A stretch of DNA of 63,352 nucleotides, filler included, from Octopus bimaculoides (taxonomy: Eukaryota): the NCBI RefSeq assembly GCF_001194135.2. It is 10 parts of 9 records of this genome, joined end to end, with 100 filler letters (N's around TTAATTAATTAA, not from the genome) between each part and the next. Parts side by side here need not be neighbours in the genome. Positions count along the whole stretch, not along the records: positions 47,698 to 55,875 come from NC_068990.1; positions 55,976 to 59,659 come from NW_026392067.1; positions 59,760 to 63,352 come from NC_068999.1; 7 more parts are not named here. One strand, given 5' to 3'. The translations under genes were made by a program, and so were the position numbers. The notes beneath the pieces were generated by a model that was not told the DNA's origin, did no database searches, and worked only from the letters and a program-made list of their open reading frames with translations. Positions 51,331 through 63,352 of this stretch are shown here, one piece after another (within the stretch, counting starts at the first letter, position 1; each line of letters begins with the position of its first letter).

Positions 51331-51779
51331 ACATACGAGATTTCTTCGTTGTTCTTCTCACTTTAACCTCAAATTGCAGCATTAACTCAGAGTGGAGTTC
51401 ATTGATGAGTTATGAGTCCAATCTCTGACAGGGGTGGTAGGTATCAAATATTTCGTAAACATACTTTCCGTCTGAGGGATATAACTTTTTTATTCTAAGG
51501 AATATTAATTGCCACCATTGACCATTGACAGTTTCCCTAGGACGTCCCATCAAAGTTGAGTGCTCTTGCGCCTAAGTTAGACCGTGTTGGCGCATCCGAT
51601 AAAATGTTTTGTTGTATTTGTTTCAGTTATCTGAACTCATATTCTGTCGTAATTTAATTACCTTTCATTTCTTCCGGGATCGATAAAATAAAGTACCAGT
51701 CAAGTACAGTGGTTGATATAATCGAGTGTTCCTCTGCATTAATTTCAGATCTTACTCTTATAAGAGAATAGTTAACATG

Positions 51780-51962
51780 CCGCACAAAATGCTTGGCAGT
51801 ATTTCTTCTGGCTTATCGTTCTGAGTTCAAATTCCGCCGAGGCCGACTTTGTCTTTCATTCTTTCGGGTTTGATTAAATAAGAAACAATCGTGTACTGGG
51901 GTCAATGTAGTCGACTTAACCCTTCCTCCGAACATGCTGACTTTGTGCCAAAATTTGAAACC
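51780..51962 (-). mobile_element. SINE family C copy
   Basis: Same motif series as 48370-48590. Confidence 0.7.
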
Positions 51963-52194
51963 ATTATTATTATTATTATTATTATTATTNNNNNNNNNNN
52001 NNNNNNNNNNNNNNNNNNNNNNNNNNNNNNNNNNNNNNNNNNNNNNNNNNNNNNNNNNNNNNNNNNNNNNNNNNNNNNNNNNNNNNNNNATATATATACA
52101 TATGTGTGTGTATACACATACACACACACAGGCGCATGCACGCACACATACACACACACATACAAACATATAAATATATATCCTGCATACATAT

Positions 52195-52330
52195 ATCTCC
52201 TGCAACTCTCCTGTTCAGTCCCTTTGTTTAACTTAGTCAATGCTGCCATAATCCTTGCCTTCAGTTCATCTTTGGTATTACAAGGAGTTTTGTTGGTCGC
52301 TCGCTCAACTGCGCCCCACACATAATAATC
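52195..52330 (-). mobile_element. C-terminal fragment of a maT/DD37D-like transposase
   Basis: DYYVWGAVERATNKTPCNTKDELKARIMAA follows the (SPDxNPL)DY.VWG pattern of DDxD-type elements rather than the Tc1 ENLW pattern. Confidence 0.55.
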
Positions 52331-53110
52331 TTGATTGGAAAGCCTCCAGACCAAAACACGTCCACTGTTTGAAAATGATGCAAATCTGGATTCATCTAAG
52401 AAAATCACTCTATCCCAAAATGAACTGGATTTTTCTGACATCTTAACACATTTCATTCTTTTCATGATATTAATTGGTTGAAGGAGAGGTTTTCTTCTAG
52501 CTGCTCGTCCACAATACCTAAGCTTATGCAGATATGTAACACATGTTCTTCGACTAACTTCTAGCTGTTTTGCAATGTTAGAAGCCTTCGAACGGGGTTC
52601 GTTTTCCACAATTCTCTTCAAACAGCGAAGCTTCATTTCCGAGGGCCCAGGTCAGCCAAACGAGAATCTGTTGATTCTTTTCCTTGGCTTTTGAATTGCA
52701 CTATAATTCTATTAACAGTAGCAAGAGGAATTTGAAGATTTTTGGCAATTTTTCGCAAGCTAAGACCAGCCTCAGATCGCCCAACAATACAACCTCTTTG
52801 AAAATCTGACAGTTCTGCTGAATTTTTTGTGCGTGGCATGGTTACTTTTCGCAGATGTTTAATATAATGGCACCTGGAATGAAAAAGAATAATTACATTG
52901 TAAATTCTATAGCGTTGAAAACATATTAAGACACTTAGATCAGAAATTTTGAAAATTAAAGGTGTTTATTTACTTCCTGCATGTCTGTGTATATATATGA
53001 AAACAGAAAAAGTTGGTAGTTCCAATCAGTTTATTTCATCAATTTTTTAATTAAAAAATAAAAAAATCTGCTAGAAGATCACATGTAATGTGTTTACTAA
53101 GACCCAATAG
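52331..53110 (-). mobile_element. Tc1 transposon, 5' part; transposase frameshifted and truncated after the first catalytic Asp
   Basis: [20 protein letters not shown]...LRKIAKNL (paired-like HTH), GRAARRKPLL, WDRVIFLDESRF...GRVLVWR; frameshift near 52635; second TIR not found. Confidence 0.9.
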
Positions 53111-53197
53111 TTCTCATATATATATGTAAATGTGTGTGTAGATAAATATGTGTATTGATGTATATATGTGTATGTGTATGTATACATGTGTGTGTGA

Positions 53198-53234
<37 letters not shown>

Positions 53235-55477
53235 GAGAGAGGGGGAGGGGAGAGAGGGAGAGAGAGAGAGATGTATATATATACTTTTTGTCTGTTATAT
53301 GTAGGGAAGTAAATGTGTGAGCTAGCTTGATCTCCCCGCCTCCTCTCCCAAATCAATNNNNNNNNNNNNNNNNNNNNNNNNNNNNNNNNNNNNNNNNNNN
53401 NNNNNNNNNNNNNNNNNNNNNNNNNNNNNNNNNNNNNNNNNNNNNNNNNNNNNNNNNNNNNNNNNNNNNCTAACCATTATATTTCTCACCAAAGATCAAC
53501 TATTCAAATGGCTTCATAAAACACTTCTTTAACACCCCACCATCTCCCAACTCCATCCCCAATCAAGTATCTTGTTTTCACCATTCACTATTTCCTTTCA
53601 GCTCTTATTCATCAACACCCTTTCACTCTCACATTGATTAACAAACCCCCAACTCCACCCAAACACGCCCAAATTCCATATATAAAATCACAAAGCCCCA
53701 AACCGTCAGATCTGTTTGACAACAAATGCGAGAAAGTTCTCCAGAGAAGTTGACGAGATTTTTTTTTTTAAACTCTCTCCACCCAAATTAACAAAGAATT
53801 TACAAAATTTACGAACTAAAGTGTAAAATTTATATTACTTTTATATTACTATTTCTTTTATTCATTTATATAATCTTCATTTCATTTGTTTTCTATATTC
53901 TTTTGTTTTATTCTTATTTTTAATTTTTTTTAATTTTTGTTATTAATTTTTAATTTTTATTGTTAATTTGTATTCTTAATTCAATTTTTTTAGTCACATA
54001 CACGCACACACTCACACATATACACACATTCATATGCACGCACACATACTCATATATTCCGACGAAGAGTCATGCTCGAAACGTTAAAAACTCTCTCCTT
54101 TCGTCGACTGATACTTACTTTATCGACACCAGAAGAATGAAAGGCGAAGTCGGCCACGGTGGAATTTGAATTCAGAATGTAAGGCCGGACGAAATACACC
54201 TTATGTAGTAATATTTGAGCAAGTAATATTAAACAAGTAATATTAAGGATGTTGTCTTACATTTTTAACTAGTAGGAATCAACTTTTCTCAGAGATTGTT
54301 GATTTTCCAACATCTTGAATATGCCATATTCCAGTCTCTTCTGGAATCAAACTAGACAAAGCAGTGATATAGTAGTTTGTTGAGTAAATTGCTATCAAGA
54401 ATGCCTTCTGTATGTTTCTTTTGAATTGTCTAAATATCTTGAGGAGTTGACAGCGGGGACAAGCAGCATAAAATCTAACAGTAAATCCCTCATAGCTTAG
54501 TGTAGATACTTGATAAACCCACTAGAATTTGGGGGCTAGAGAGGTTATAGATAAGAAGATATTTCGGTATATGTTTGTGTGTTTGTGTATGTGTCAGTCT
54601 GTATGTCTCTGTTTGCACATGTATACATATGTACACACATGCACAGAGGTACTCAGACACATGCAGTGTATGTCTGGAATGGATTAACATTAACATTAAG
54701 ACGGTATTACAAGAACTTGTTACTTATTATTTTCAATCCAAATTTCAAGTAATCCTTCACACGGCGTACATTTGTGTTTCTTCGCAGTTCCTGATGTTAG
54801 CTACTTCACATCTATTCACTTAACTTTCAGAAGTTAACCTTTCGTATCTTTTGAAACGGCCAGAAACTACTCTGATTCTGGCGTTCAATTTTTCGGTTTA
54901 CATCGATATTATTTCTGGAGTATATGTTTTGTGAAAATTATTTTGCTTGGTATTTTATTGTAGAGGGTATTAACCTGCTCTTGGATGGCTATTAAATTAC
55001 TGTAGCTAGATACTGTTAATCCTGACGAAATAGCAATTTAAATATTGTAGATAGCTGCAAATCTAGTGAAAATGGTTATTAATGCGTGGTTACTCATGAT
55101 CTATATCAAAAGAGGGAGAGAGAAAAAGAGGATAAGGTGAAGAGTGGGGTAGAAAGAGAGAGAAAGGATAAAAGGGAGAGAGAAGTATAAATGACATGTG
55201 GTAGGGGGAGCGTAATATTTATTACGTGGTTAAAAAAGTTAGTGATATAGAAGAGAATTAATTTTAGCAGAGGGGTGATATTCTGATGATGAGATTAAAG
55301 AAAGGCAGAGAAAGTGAGAGAAAGAGGGGAGAGAAAGAAAGAGAGAGAGATGATGGTGGTGGTCGTGGTGGTAGTGGTGGTGCTGCTGCTGGTGGTGGTG
55401 GCGATGGTGAGTGCATAGAGAAAAGTATTTTATGAAATTGAACTAAGTTCTTTATATCGCCTATCACTTAACGCAAG

Positions 55478-55750
55478 CGCATCCCATACTTGTCATTCAC
55501 TTTAGAAAGAAACCAGTTTCCCGTTCGCCTGTCATATGCAATGGCTATCAATAAATCACAAGGGCAGGCATATTATAAAGTGGCGCTGTTCTTGCCTGAA
55601 CCTGTATTCGGCCGTGGTCAGCTATATGTTGCATTCTCAAGGGCTCGCAAATTATCTGATGTGAGAGTTAAAATTATCAACACTGACAAACAAGGGAAAA
55701 GCAGAGGGAGAACTCACACGAAGAAGTATTGGATGGAAAGGTGTATGCAA
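55478..55750 (+). mobile_element. Helitron PIF1-like helicase C-terminal fragment
   Basis: RNQFPVRLSYAMAINKSQGQ...VALFLPEPVFGRGQLYVAFSRAR (helicase motifs V and VI). Confidence 0.85.
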
Positions 55751-56031
55751 ATTGAAATGTGTATTGGCTCTGACCCATCACCTTGTCTTATAAGTTACCA
55801 ACGATGTGGTTTTCAGAGTAAGGCATGTTGCATTAAATTTTTACCCCCGTGAAACTGGGACCCCTATATTTTACANNNNNNNNNNNNNNNNNNNNNNNNN
55901 NNNNNNNNNNNNNNNNNNNTTAATTAATTAANNNNNNNNNNNNNNNNNNNNNNNNNNNNNNNNNNNNNNNNNNNNTTTCCCATTTCTTCAGATGCAATTC
56001 AATTGTTTGTGCGTATAATACGTATGTATGA

Positions 56032-56066
<35 letters not shown>

Positions 56067-57399
56067 TATTTATATATATATGTACAAATTACAGATATAT
56101 ATATATATATATACATACATATACACATAAATGTATACATACCATGCATATATATATGTGTGTGTGTGTGTGTGTATAATGGTGTGCATAAATTATATAC
56201 GTTTGTGTGTGTCCGTGTTTTTCAAATTACACGCACTTATAAAAGATATATGTATATGTATATATTACTGGATTGTATACGAACATAAAACACATACACA
56301 CACACATACATACATATATATATATGTGTATATATANNNNNNNNNNNNNNNNNNNNNNNNNNNNNNNNNNNNNNNNNNNNNNNNNNNNNNNNNNNNNNNN
56401 NNNNNNNNNNNNNNNNNNNNNNNNNNNNNNNNNNNNNNNNNNNNNNNNNNNNNNNNNNNNNNNNNNNNNNNNNNNNNNNNNNNNNNNNNNNNNNNNNNNN
56501 NNNNNNNNNNNNNNNNNNNNNNNNNNNNNNNNNNNNNNNNNNNNNNNNNNNNNNNNNNNNNNNNNNNNNNNNNNNNNNNNNNNNNNNNNNNNNNNNNNNN
56601 NNNNNNNNNNNNNNNNNNNNNNNNNNNNNNNNNNNNNNNNNNNNNNNNNNNNNNNNNNNNNNNNNNNNNNNNNNNNNNNNNNNNNNNNNNNNNNNACACA
56701 CTCACATACAATTAAAGTTGTTGCTCATTGAATCCAAATTGTTTCGTTCAATGAAATAAAAATATCAAACATTGTTTACATGTATTGTGGGTTATAAAAG
56801 AAAAGCAAGCAGAAGAGCGGGAATTAGTCGTGTGGTGGAGATAATTGGCTTATAGTTGCGATGTTGTACTTTGTGAGTTCGATTTAAACCCTTTCTTTTC
56901 AACAGCAACTCTGACTGCTGTTCAACCCATCGTCAAATCATCCTTGATAGCTGAACCTTGTGATTATAACACATGGCGGCATAACCACTTCTAGATGAAA
57001 CATAGCGGGGCCAGGTGCCTGCATTCCAAATCGAAGAGTAACAAAGAAGATGCACAAAATATAATATTTAGCAATTTTTTCCCTCTTCTTCTAATGACAA
57101 ATATTTAAAATAGTTTCTAATTACAAGAAGCTATGTAAAGCCTCATTTCGTCCTTATTTGAAATCACCAGCATGATATAACCCAAGGCAAACTGATTACA
57201 CTAAATGAAACATTTTACGAAACGAGACAGCTTAGAAGACATTCATGGAATGTATATTGCTCTCTTCGACCCCCAATAAATTCAGTCCTGCTGGCACCCC
57301 CTGGAATGCTATCTCGCACCCCCAAAGGATGCGAGCATCCCTGGTTGGGAAACCCTGGCGAAAGACAACCATTGTGAAAGTTTTATCTTTCATAATCTT

Positions 57400-57615
57400 T
57401 TGACCTCGCTCCATCTGACTTACCATCCTTTCAGATCATTGTAACATTATTTAAAGAAAAAAGAACCGTTTTTTTTTATTGTGAAGATGTTAAAAATGAT
57501 ACTGAGAGATGCTTTGCGTCGAAACTTGAAGAATTTTATGCCCGAGGAATCACCGATTTGCCAAATAGATGAAATAATGTTATCAATAAGAAGAGGAAAT
57601 ATTATCTTGATTAAA
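57400..57615 (+). mobile_element. mariner transposase C-terminal relic
   Basis: DLAPSD motif then EDVKND...FASKLEEFYARGITDLPNR*NNVI...YYLD*. Confidence 0.75.
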
Positions 57616-58210
57616 TATATCAATTAAGACCAAAGACGCATTTGTTTCTTTCCCATTTTTGAAATACGATAGGATATTCTTTCACACATAATATAAATAC
57701 ACACACGTTTATACATACTTGTATATATGTAAGTATGTGTGTGCATGTGTGTTTGTATATATATCTATATCTATATATATGTATACGTAAGTGCGTGTGT
57801 ATGTATGTGTGTGTATTCCAGCGTCTGGGTGAATTAACACGAATAATCAAATTGAAGCTAGACGGCTCTGAAATTTCAGAGTTGAATCGGCGAATCTCGT
57901 ATGTAAACACAAGAATCATATGACACATCATATTAGCTTTTGATATTCATCGATATTCTTTGATATTCATTGATATTCATTGATCTGACGTCATATGATA
58001 AAAGTGATATATATATATCTTTTTAATCACTTACTTGTTTCAGTCACTGGATTGCAGCCATGCTGGGGCACCACTTTGAAAAGTTTTTGCCAGCACATAT
58101 TTGATTCGCTAACAAGTTTCTTTTACCGAATTGATAAGTTTTGGAGCCGGTTATCTAGCGATGGTGAGGAACAAATGCAAACACAACTGGTCGACTCGGA
58201 GCCATGGTAG

Positions 58211-59659
58211 AACATCAATCATCAATCCTCAATCATCAAAACGATCGATCATCAATCATCAATCATTAATCATTAACAATCAATCATTAATCATTAATCA
58301 GTAACCATTAATCATTAATCATCAATCAACATCAACAATCAACAACCAACAATCAACAATCTACACCAACTATCAACCAACCATCAACCATCAACCATCG
58401 ACAATCGACAATCGACCATCGACCATCGACTATCGACAATTGATCATCGACCATAGATCATCGATCATCGAACATCCGATCCATCCGATTGATCGATCCG
58501 AATGATCGATCCGGTCGATCATCAATCATTAATCATTAATCATCAATCATCAAGCATCAATCATTAATCATCAATCAGCAGCAATCAATCATTAATCATT
58601 AACCATCAATCATCAATCATTAACCATCAATCATCAATCATCAATCACCAGCCATCAATCATTAATTATTAATCATCAATCATTAATCATAAGTCATCAA
58701 TCATTACTCATCAATCATTAATCATCAACCATAATCATCACCAATCATCGACCACCAGGCCACTATTCATCAATCATCAATCATCAGCCACTATCCATCA
58801 ATCATAAAGCATTATCAATCATCATTCATCAATCATCAATCATTATTCATTAATCATCAATCATCATTCATTAATCATTAATCATCAATCAATCATGGTG
58901 ATTGATGATTGATGATTAATGATTGATGAGTAATGATTGATGATTAATGAATAATGATTGATGATTGATGAATGATGATTGATAATGCTTTATGATTAAT
59001 GAATAATGATTGATGATTAATGAATAATGGTTAATGCTTTATGATTGCTGATCGATGATCGATGGTCGATGAACAATTGTCGATGGTCGATGGTCGACGG
59101 TCGATGGTCGATGGTCGATTGTCGATTGTTGATGGTTGATGGTTGATCGATGGTGTTGATTGTTGATTGCTGATTGTTGATGTTGATGTTGGATGATGAT
59201 GAGGATGTTGATGATGATGATGATTGTTGATGTTGATGTTGATGTTGATAATGATGATTGATGATGATTAATGATTGATGATTAATGATTGATGATTAAT
59301 GATTGATGATTAATGATTGATGATTGATGATTAATGACGATTGATGATTGATGGTTGATGATTGATTATCGATCGGATCGATCGATCGGATGTTCGATGA
59401 TCGATGATCGATGATCGATAGTCGATGGTCGATGGTCGATGGTGGATTATCGATTGTCGATTGTCGATTGTCGATGGTCAATGGTCGATGGTCGATGGTC
59501 GATTGTCGATTGTCGATTGTCGATGGTCGATGGTCGATTGTCGATGGTCGATTGTCGATTGCCGATTGCCGATTGTCGATGGTCGATGGTCGATTGTCGA
59601 TTGTCGATGGTCGATGGTCGATGGCCGATGGTCGATGGTCGATGATCGATTGTCGATTG
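58211..59659. repeat. Heptamer satellite forming a large imperfect inverted repeat (flip near 58896)
   Basis: Left arm AATCATC/AACCATC/GACCATC/GACAATC units, right arm their reverse complements; 58801-58863 matches about 58934-58996 exactly in reverse complement. Confidence 0.9.
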
Positions 59660-59759
59660 NNNNNNNNNNNNNNNNNNNNNNNNNNNNNNNNNNNNNNNNN
59701 NNNTTAATTAATTAANNNNNNNNNNNNNNNNNNNNNNNNNNNNNNNNNNNNNNNNNNNN

Positions 59760-59786
<27 letters not shown>

Positions 59787-59792
<6 letters not shown>

Positions 59793-60015
59793 GAATCCGA
59801 TCGCAACAATTTAATCTTGCTGGCCCTGAAGAGACCCTTGGATCGTTCACTCTTAAAGGTCTCAGTGGCGGTGCTACCAGCAAAGATGAATCCGATGGTA
59901 ACAATTTAAACTTGATGGCCCTGAAGAGGGCCTTGGATCGTTCACTCTTAGAAGTCCCGGCAGCAGAGCTGTCAGCAAGGATGACTCCGATTAGAGGTGG
60001 TGGCCCTTAAGAAGT
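59787..60015. repeat. 95-bp tandem repeat, 2 full copies plus a partial third
   Basis: AAAGATGAATCCGAT...TGGCCCTGAAGAG..CCTTGGATCGTTCACTCTTA starts at 59787 and 59882, with a shorter variant from about 59977. Confidence 0.85.
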
Positions 60016-60384
60016 CCTTTACACTTGTTTGGCATGTCGTATTTGCTTTGCTTGTTATTTGAGATTGTAACCAAGAAAAGCATGCAAAGTCGGTGGCTAC
60101 AAAAACGGCATTGGCAAGATCACGCTGAAATGTCAAAAAAAATGTGTAAATAAGATGTAGGAAAAAGTAGATTAATTAAATTAAAACTACAGAACATCGA
60201 TAGCAAAGCGTGATAGCAACATATAAATGCGGAAAACAGAGACACTGAACATTTATAACATATAGCAAAATCAACCTCAGAGGCGTACGTGGTATTGTCA
60301 AAAGGACAAAAATAGCACATGGATACAGCAAATGTAAGCACTTATACAAAAAAAACAGAGATTACCTCTTGGCGGATAGAGCCC

Positions 60385-63030
60385 TTACAAAACATCCTTA
60401 TAGACTATAATTTGGGTTTTTTCGCGAGTTGCAAATGCAAATAAGTTATGTCGGCTCCCCACTCGAGAGCAGCCAACACATAGTTGACCATAGGAGAAGC
60501 ACGGTTCCTCTAAATTAAGCCCTACGACTGTCAGTGTTTGACTCTGTGATTTGTTAATCGACATGGTGAAACTGAGCCGGAGAGGGAATTGCAGCCTTCT
60601 GAATGTGAAAGGAATGTCTTTACCGGATGGAATGAGAATTATCCTTGATATGAAGACAGTATCCCCCCTTACCACATCCTGTAAGTATTGTTGCCTCAGT
60701 GACATGAAGCATCGCCTTTTGGACGACTAGACACGTGCCGTTGCAAAGCCTGGGGGTTCCAAATTCCTGTGGAGCATGATAGGGGCACCTTTCTTAAGTC
60801 GCAATGTATTGTGGAAATCCAGGAGGGTCAAGGGAGTTAAGAAATTCTGTGGAGTAATTAACAACTTCGTCCGGATCAACCATAGAGTCAAGGGACTTGT
60901 AGACGCGCAGGTTTTCAATAAGCACGGCATGAGCTGTTCATTGATGTTTCCAACTATGTAGTTTTTCGAAGCCAATATTGCGCGTTCACACAACCACTCT
61001 TGATTTTTGTAGTTCTCAAGATTAGGAAAAACAGACGTCCGTAACTCAGCAATTGACTTAACGCTTCTGCAAATCCCTGTGAGTTCCGCTGCACCATTTC
61101 TATCGAGTGGGACTTTGCCATCTCCAACGACAAAATGGCAGCAGCAAAACCCGCTGGTGTCTCATCACCATGCAGTTGTGCTCTCATGTTTGTTGTAAGC
61201 GTCAGCTTTCTTACATAACGCCAAAGTAAGGAGGCCTTAAGGCATGCACCAACCTCATCAGTCCGCGTACTTTTTGGGATTACAGGCAGAGTCTGTCGGA
61301 AGGCCCCAGATAACAGGGAAGTGACACCTCTCACTGGTTCTTGACAGTCCCTGATGTCTCTGAGTGACCAGTCTAATACCTTGAAATCTGCATTGTGAGC
61401 TATTGTGCATTCGTCCCAAACAATTAGTAGGCAGCGCTTTAACACCAGTGCTTTTCCGGAAGACTTTCTGATGTTGCACATGTGTGTCTCAGATGACGCC
61501 ACGTTGAGAGGAAAACTGAAGGCAGAATGGGCCGTCCTGCCACAGGCAGCAAAGTTACTGCAATGCTGACAGAAACCACGGCCAATGCGTATTGCTTCAC
61601 TGCAGCGAGTAAAAGTTTGATTACAAATGTTTTTCCCGTGCCTCTAGGGGCGTTTAGGAAGAATATACACCCTCCCCGATTAGGGATTGAATCAACGACA
61701 ATGTTGTAGGCTTGTTTCTGATCCATTAGAAGTTTTGGTTCATTTTCTTCAATATATCTTTTGAGTTCGTCGAAATAATATGACGTTTCACATATAATGT
61801 CGTTGGGAATGTCTGATGGCACATCTCGAAGTGTTTGTGGAAGTCCATATTTCTCTAAGACATCTCCACCCATTGAAGCCACTCTGTCTTCAATATCGAT
61901 CAGAGCTCTCTTATATATAGCGTCTGAAAAGCCGACATCTAATTTTAGAGATTGCAATTGAGCGAAACGCCTATATTCGTCTGAGAAATCATTTTAAAAC
62001 TTTATCGATAAAGAGTAAGGATCGCTCAATTCACAATCGTATAAGAGGATAGCAAAAAAGTCCCTTAGACTACGGGATGATTGTGAGATGGCAGCTTCCG
62101 TCAAAGTTGCATCCCATTGTGCGCCATCTTCTAAAAGTTCACGTCTCAAGCAGGCTTCCCTGTACGTTCGGCAGGCGTATCTATCGACGGTTCTCAGATG
62201 AATGAAGCTGGTCGGCCCTCTTACCTCATGAAGCAGAAGTCGCAGGTAGAAGCATTCGTGTTGGGTAGGATGGACAGTATAAACTCGCCCAAGGCAATTG
62301 TCGAATTTGATGCCTGGATGTCTAGCCACCTCTTGCCTTCCCTTCCTTCGTAGCCATTTTGTCCGGTTCTATGTATAGTAAGACGGTATTTCAGAATTCA
62401 GCAGAGTTCGAGCGAAGTCGTCGTGCTGACAAGCTTTGAAAAAAGCGGTGAGAGTAGTTTCCTTTTGGTGAGATCGCTAGTTGAGCAGCTGTCGCATCGT
62501 TGAAATACACCCGTTGACCATTTTCAAGGTGAATGGCAAGTTGTTCAATGACGGGTGCCGTTGGTGCAGTGAGAAACCAAAAATACGCCAAAAAGGTTCA
62601 TTGCTGCTACTGTATCGGCCTGCTTGATAATCAGATACATCGTCCCTACTGTTTTCATGACGAAGACCAAAGATGGCAGTATCCGATCCCTTGTTTATTT
62701 ACTTACAAACGTATTTAATTGATTTTACTGAGTTGCAAAATTCGACGTTTACATAGGCGTTGAACGCTTTCAAGAGGAGGGGGCAATATAGTACTATCCA
62801 GCTGTTGTCGATTTCGCGTTCACCAACTTTTGCTGTGAACCCGCCGTCTTCAGGTCTCCTGCCCCTATACAAAAAATATCCGTCACCGCTAATCTGTGTT
62901 TCCTGTAAAAACGGCCTGGGATATCGTTTTGTACACTTCTCGTCGTGTATGCATGGGGACTTCATATTGAGTCTATAATGGGAGGCAAGGTTCTCGATAT
63001 CGGCTGAATATCACCTTCTCCCATTAATTT
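60385..63030 (-). mobile_element. Helitron Rep-helicase pseudogene, multiply frameshifted
   Basis: In order: SPC..DEKCTKRYP, IDNSWIVLY, VNVEFCNSVKSIKY, IHLENGQRVYF, GRVYTVHP...FYLRLLL.EVRGPTSF, Walker [74 protein letters not shown] Rep motifs not found. Confidence 0.95.
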
Positions 63031-63352
63031 CTTATTCGTCGTGTTGTTTAAGGCTCCAGCAGTCGAGGAAAGAAGTCTTAGGCAAAACGCAGGTTCTCAG
63101 TTAATAGTTTAGAGTTCACCATTATATTCTATGTTAATTCCAATCGTTCATTTTATCAGTTTCTTAAACCTTGATGAGTCTGTAGTGACGTCATATTGGC
63201 GCCAAAAGGCAGGCGCCATTACTGAATCCTTAACCACGCATGCGTGGGTTTCAACATCGAAGCATTCCCGCTATTATTCGGTCTCTTACCAAGGCAGACA
63301 GCGACCAAGCAAGACGTCTAAGCAAGCTCTCCCATTTGAGTGTGGTTGAACC

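Noticed and set aside
54790-54960. Strong acceptor followed by a hydrophobic stretch
   Set aside because: In-frame TAA after 16 codons and no good donor.
55490-55852. Host PIF1 helicase gene
   Set aside because: Isolated fragment without upstream motifs or exon chain; wording of motifs matches Helitron helicases.
59411-59715. Repetitive ORFs (MVDGRWSIVDCRLS...) superficially like reflectin or other repeat proteins
   Set aside because: All frames are open because a 7-bp unit cycles through frames; no reflectin M/FD-x5-MD motif, no splice signals.

Overview
AT-rich, gap-ridden, repeat-dense eukaryotic scaffold with no prokaryotic features and no CRISPR array. It is most likely from an octopus/cephalopod; this is an inference from my recollection of the SINE families, the microsatellite load and the TTAATTAATTAA gap markers. 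Nearly all long ORFs in the track are artefacts of microsatellites or N-runs. The recognisable coding relics are all transposon-derived: a frameshifted Helitron Rep-helicase (60385-63030, minus), a second Helitron helicase C-terminus (55478), Tc1, mariner and maT-like transposase pieces, R4/Dong, RTE and CR1/L2/Jockey-group LINE pieces, and a Penelope GIY-YIG relic. Host genes appear only as scattered short candidate exons. The best-supported set (23052-27864, plus) splices in frame into a tyrosine-motif-rich cytoplasmic tail (YMTM, YEN, YDEI, YEEV). Most notable observations: (1) a composite short element made of a tRNA-derived Pol III head, an (AAT)n array and a Penelope-like tail with a minimal type I hammerhead ribozyme fold (two copies, both altered at C3, plus two degenerate motifs of another family); (2) a 1.4 kb or longer fold-back palindrome built from 7-bp satellite variants between two converging Helitron relics; (3) a MITE with perfect 28-bp TIRs and an 8-bp TSD; (4) a ~39-bp minisatellite with a palindromic E-box core; (5) an ETS/YY1/ATF promoter-like motif cluster. 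All calls were made by eye, no searches were run, and boundaries of repeats are approximate.
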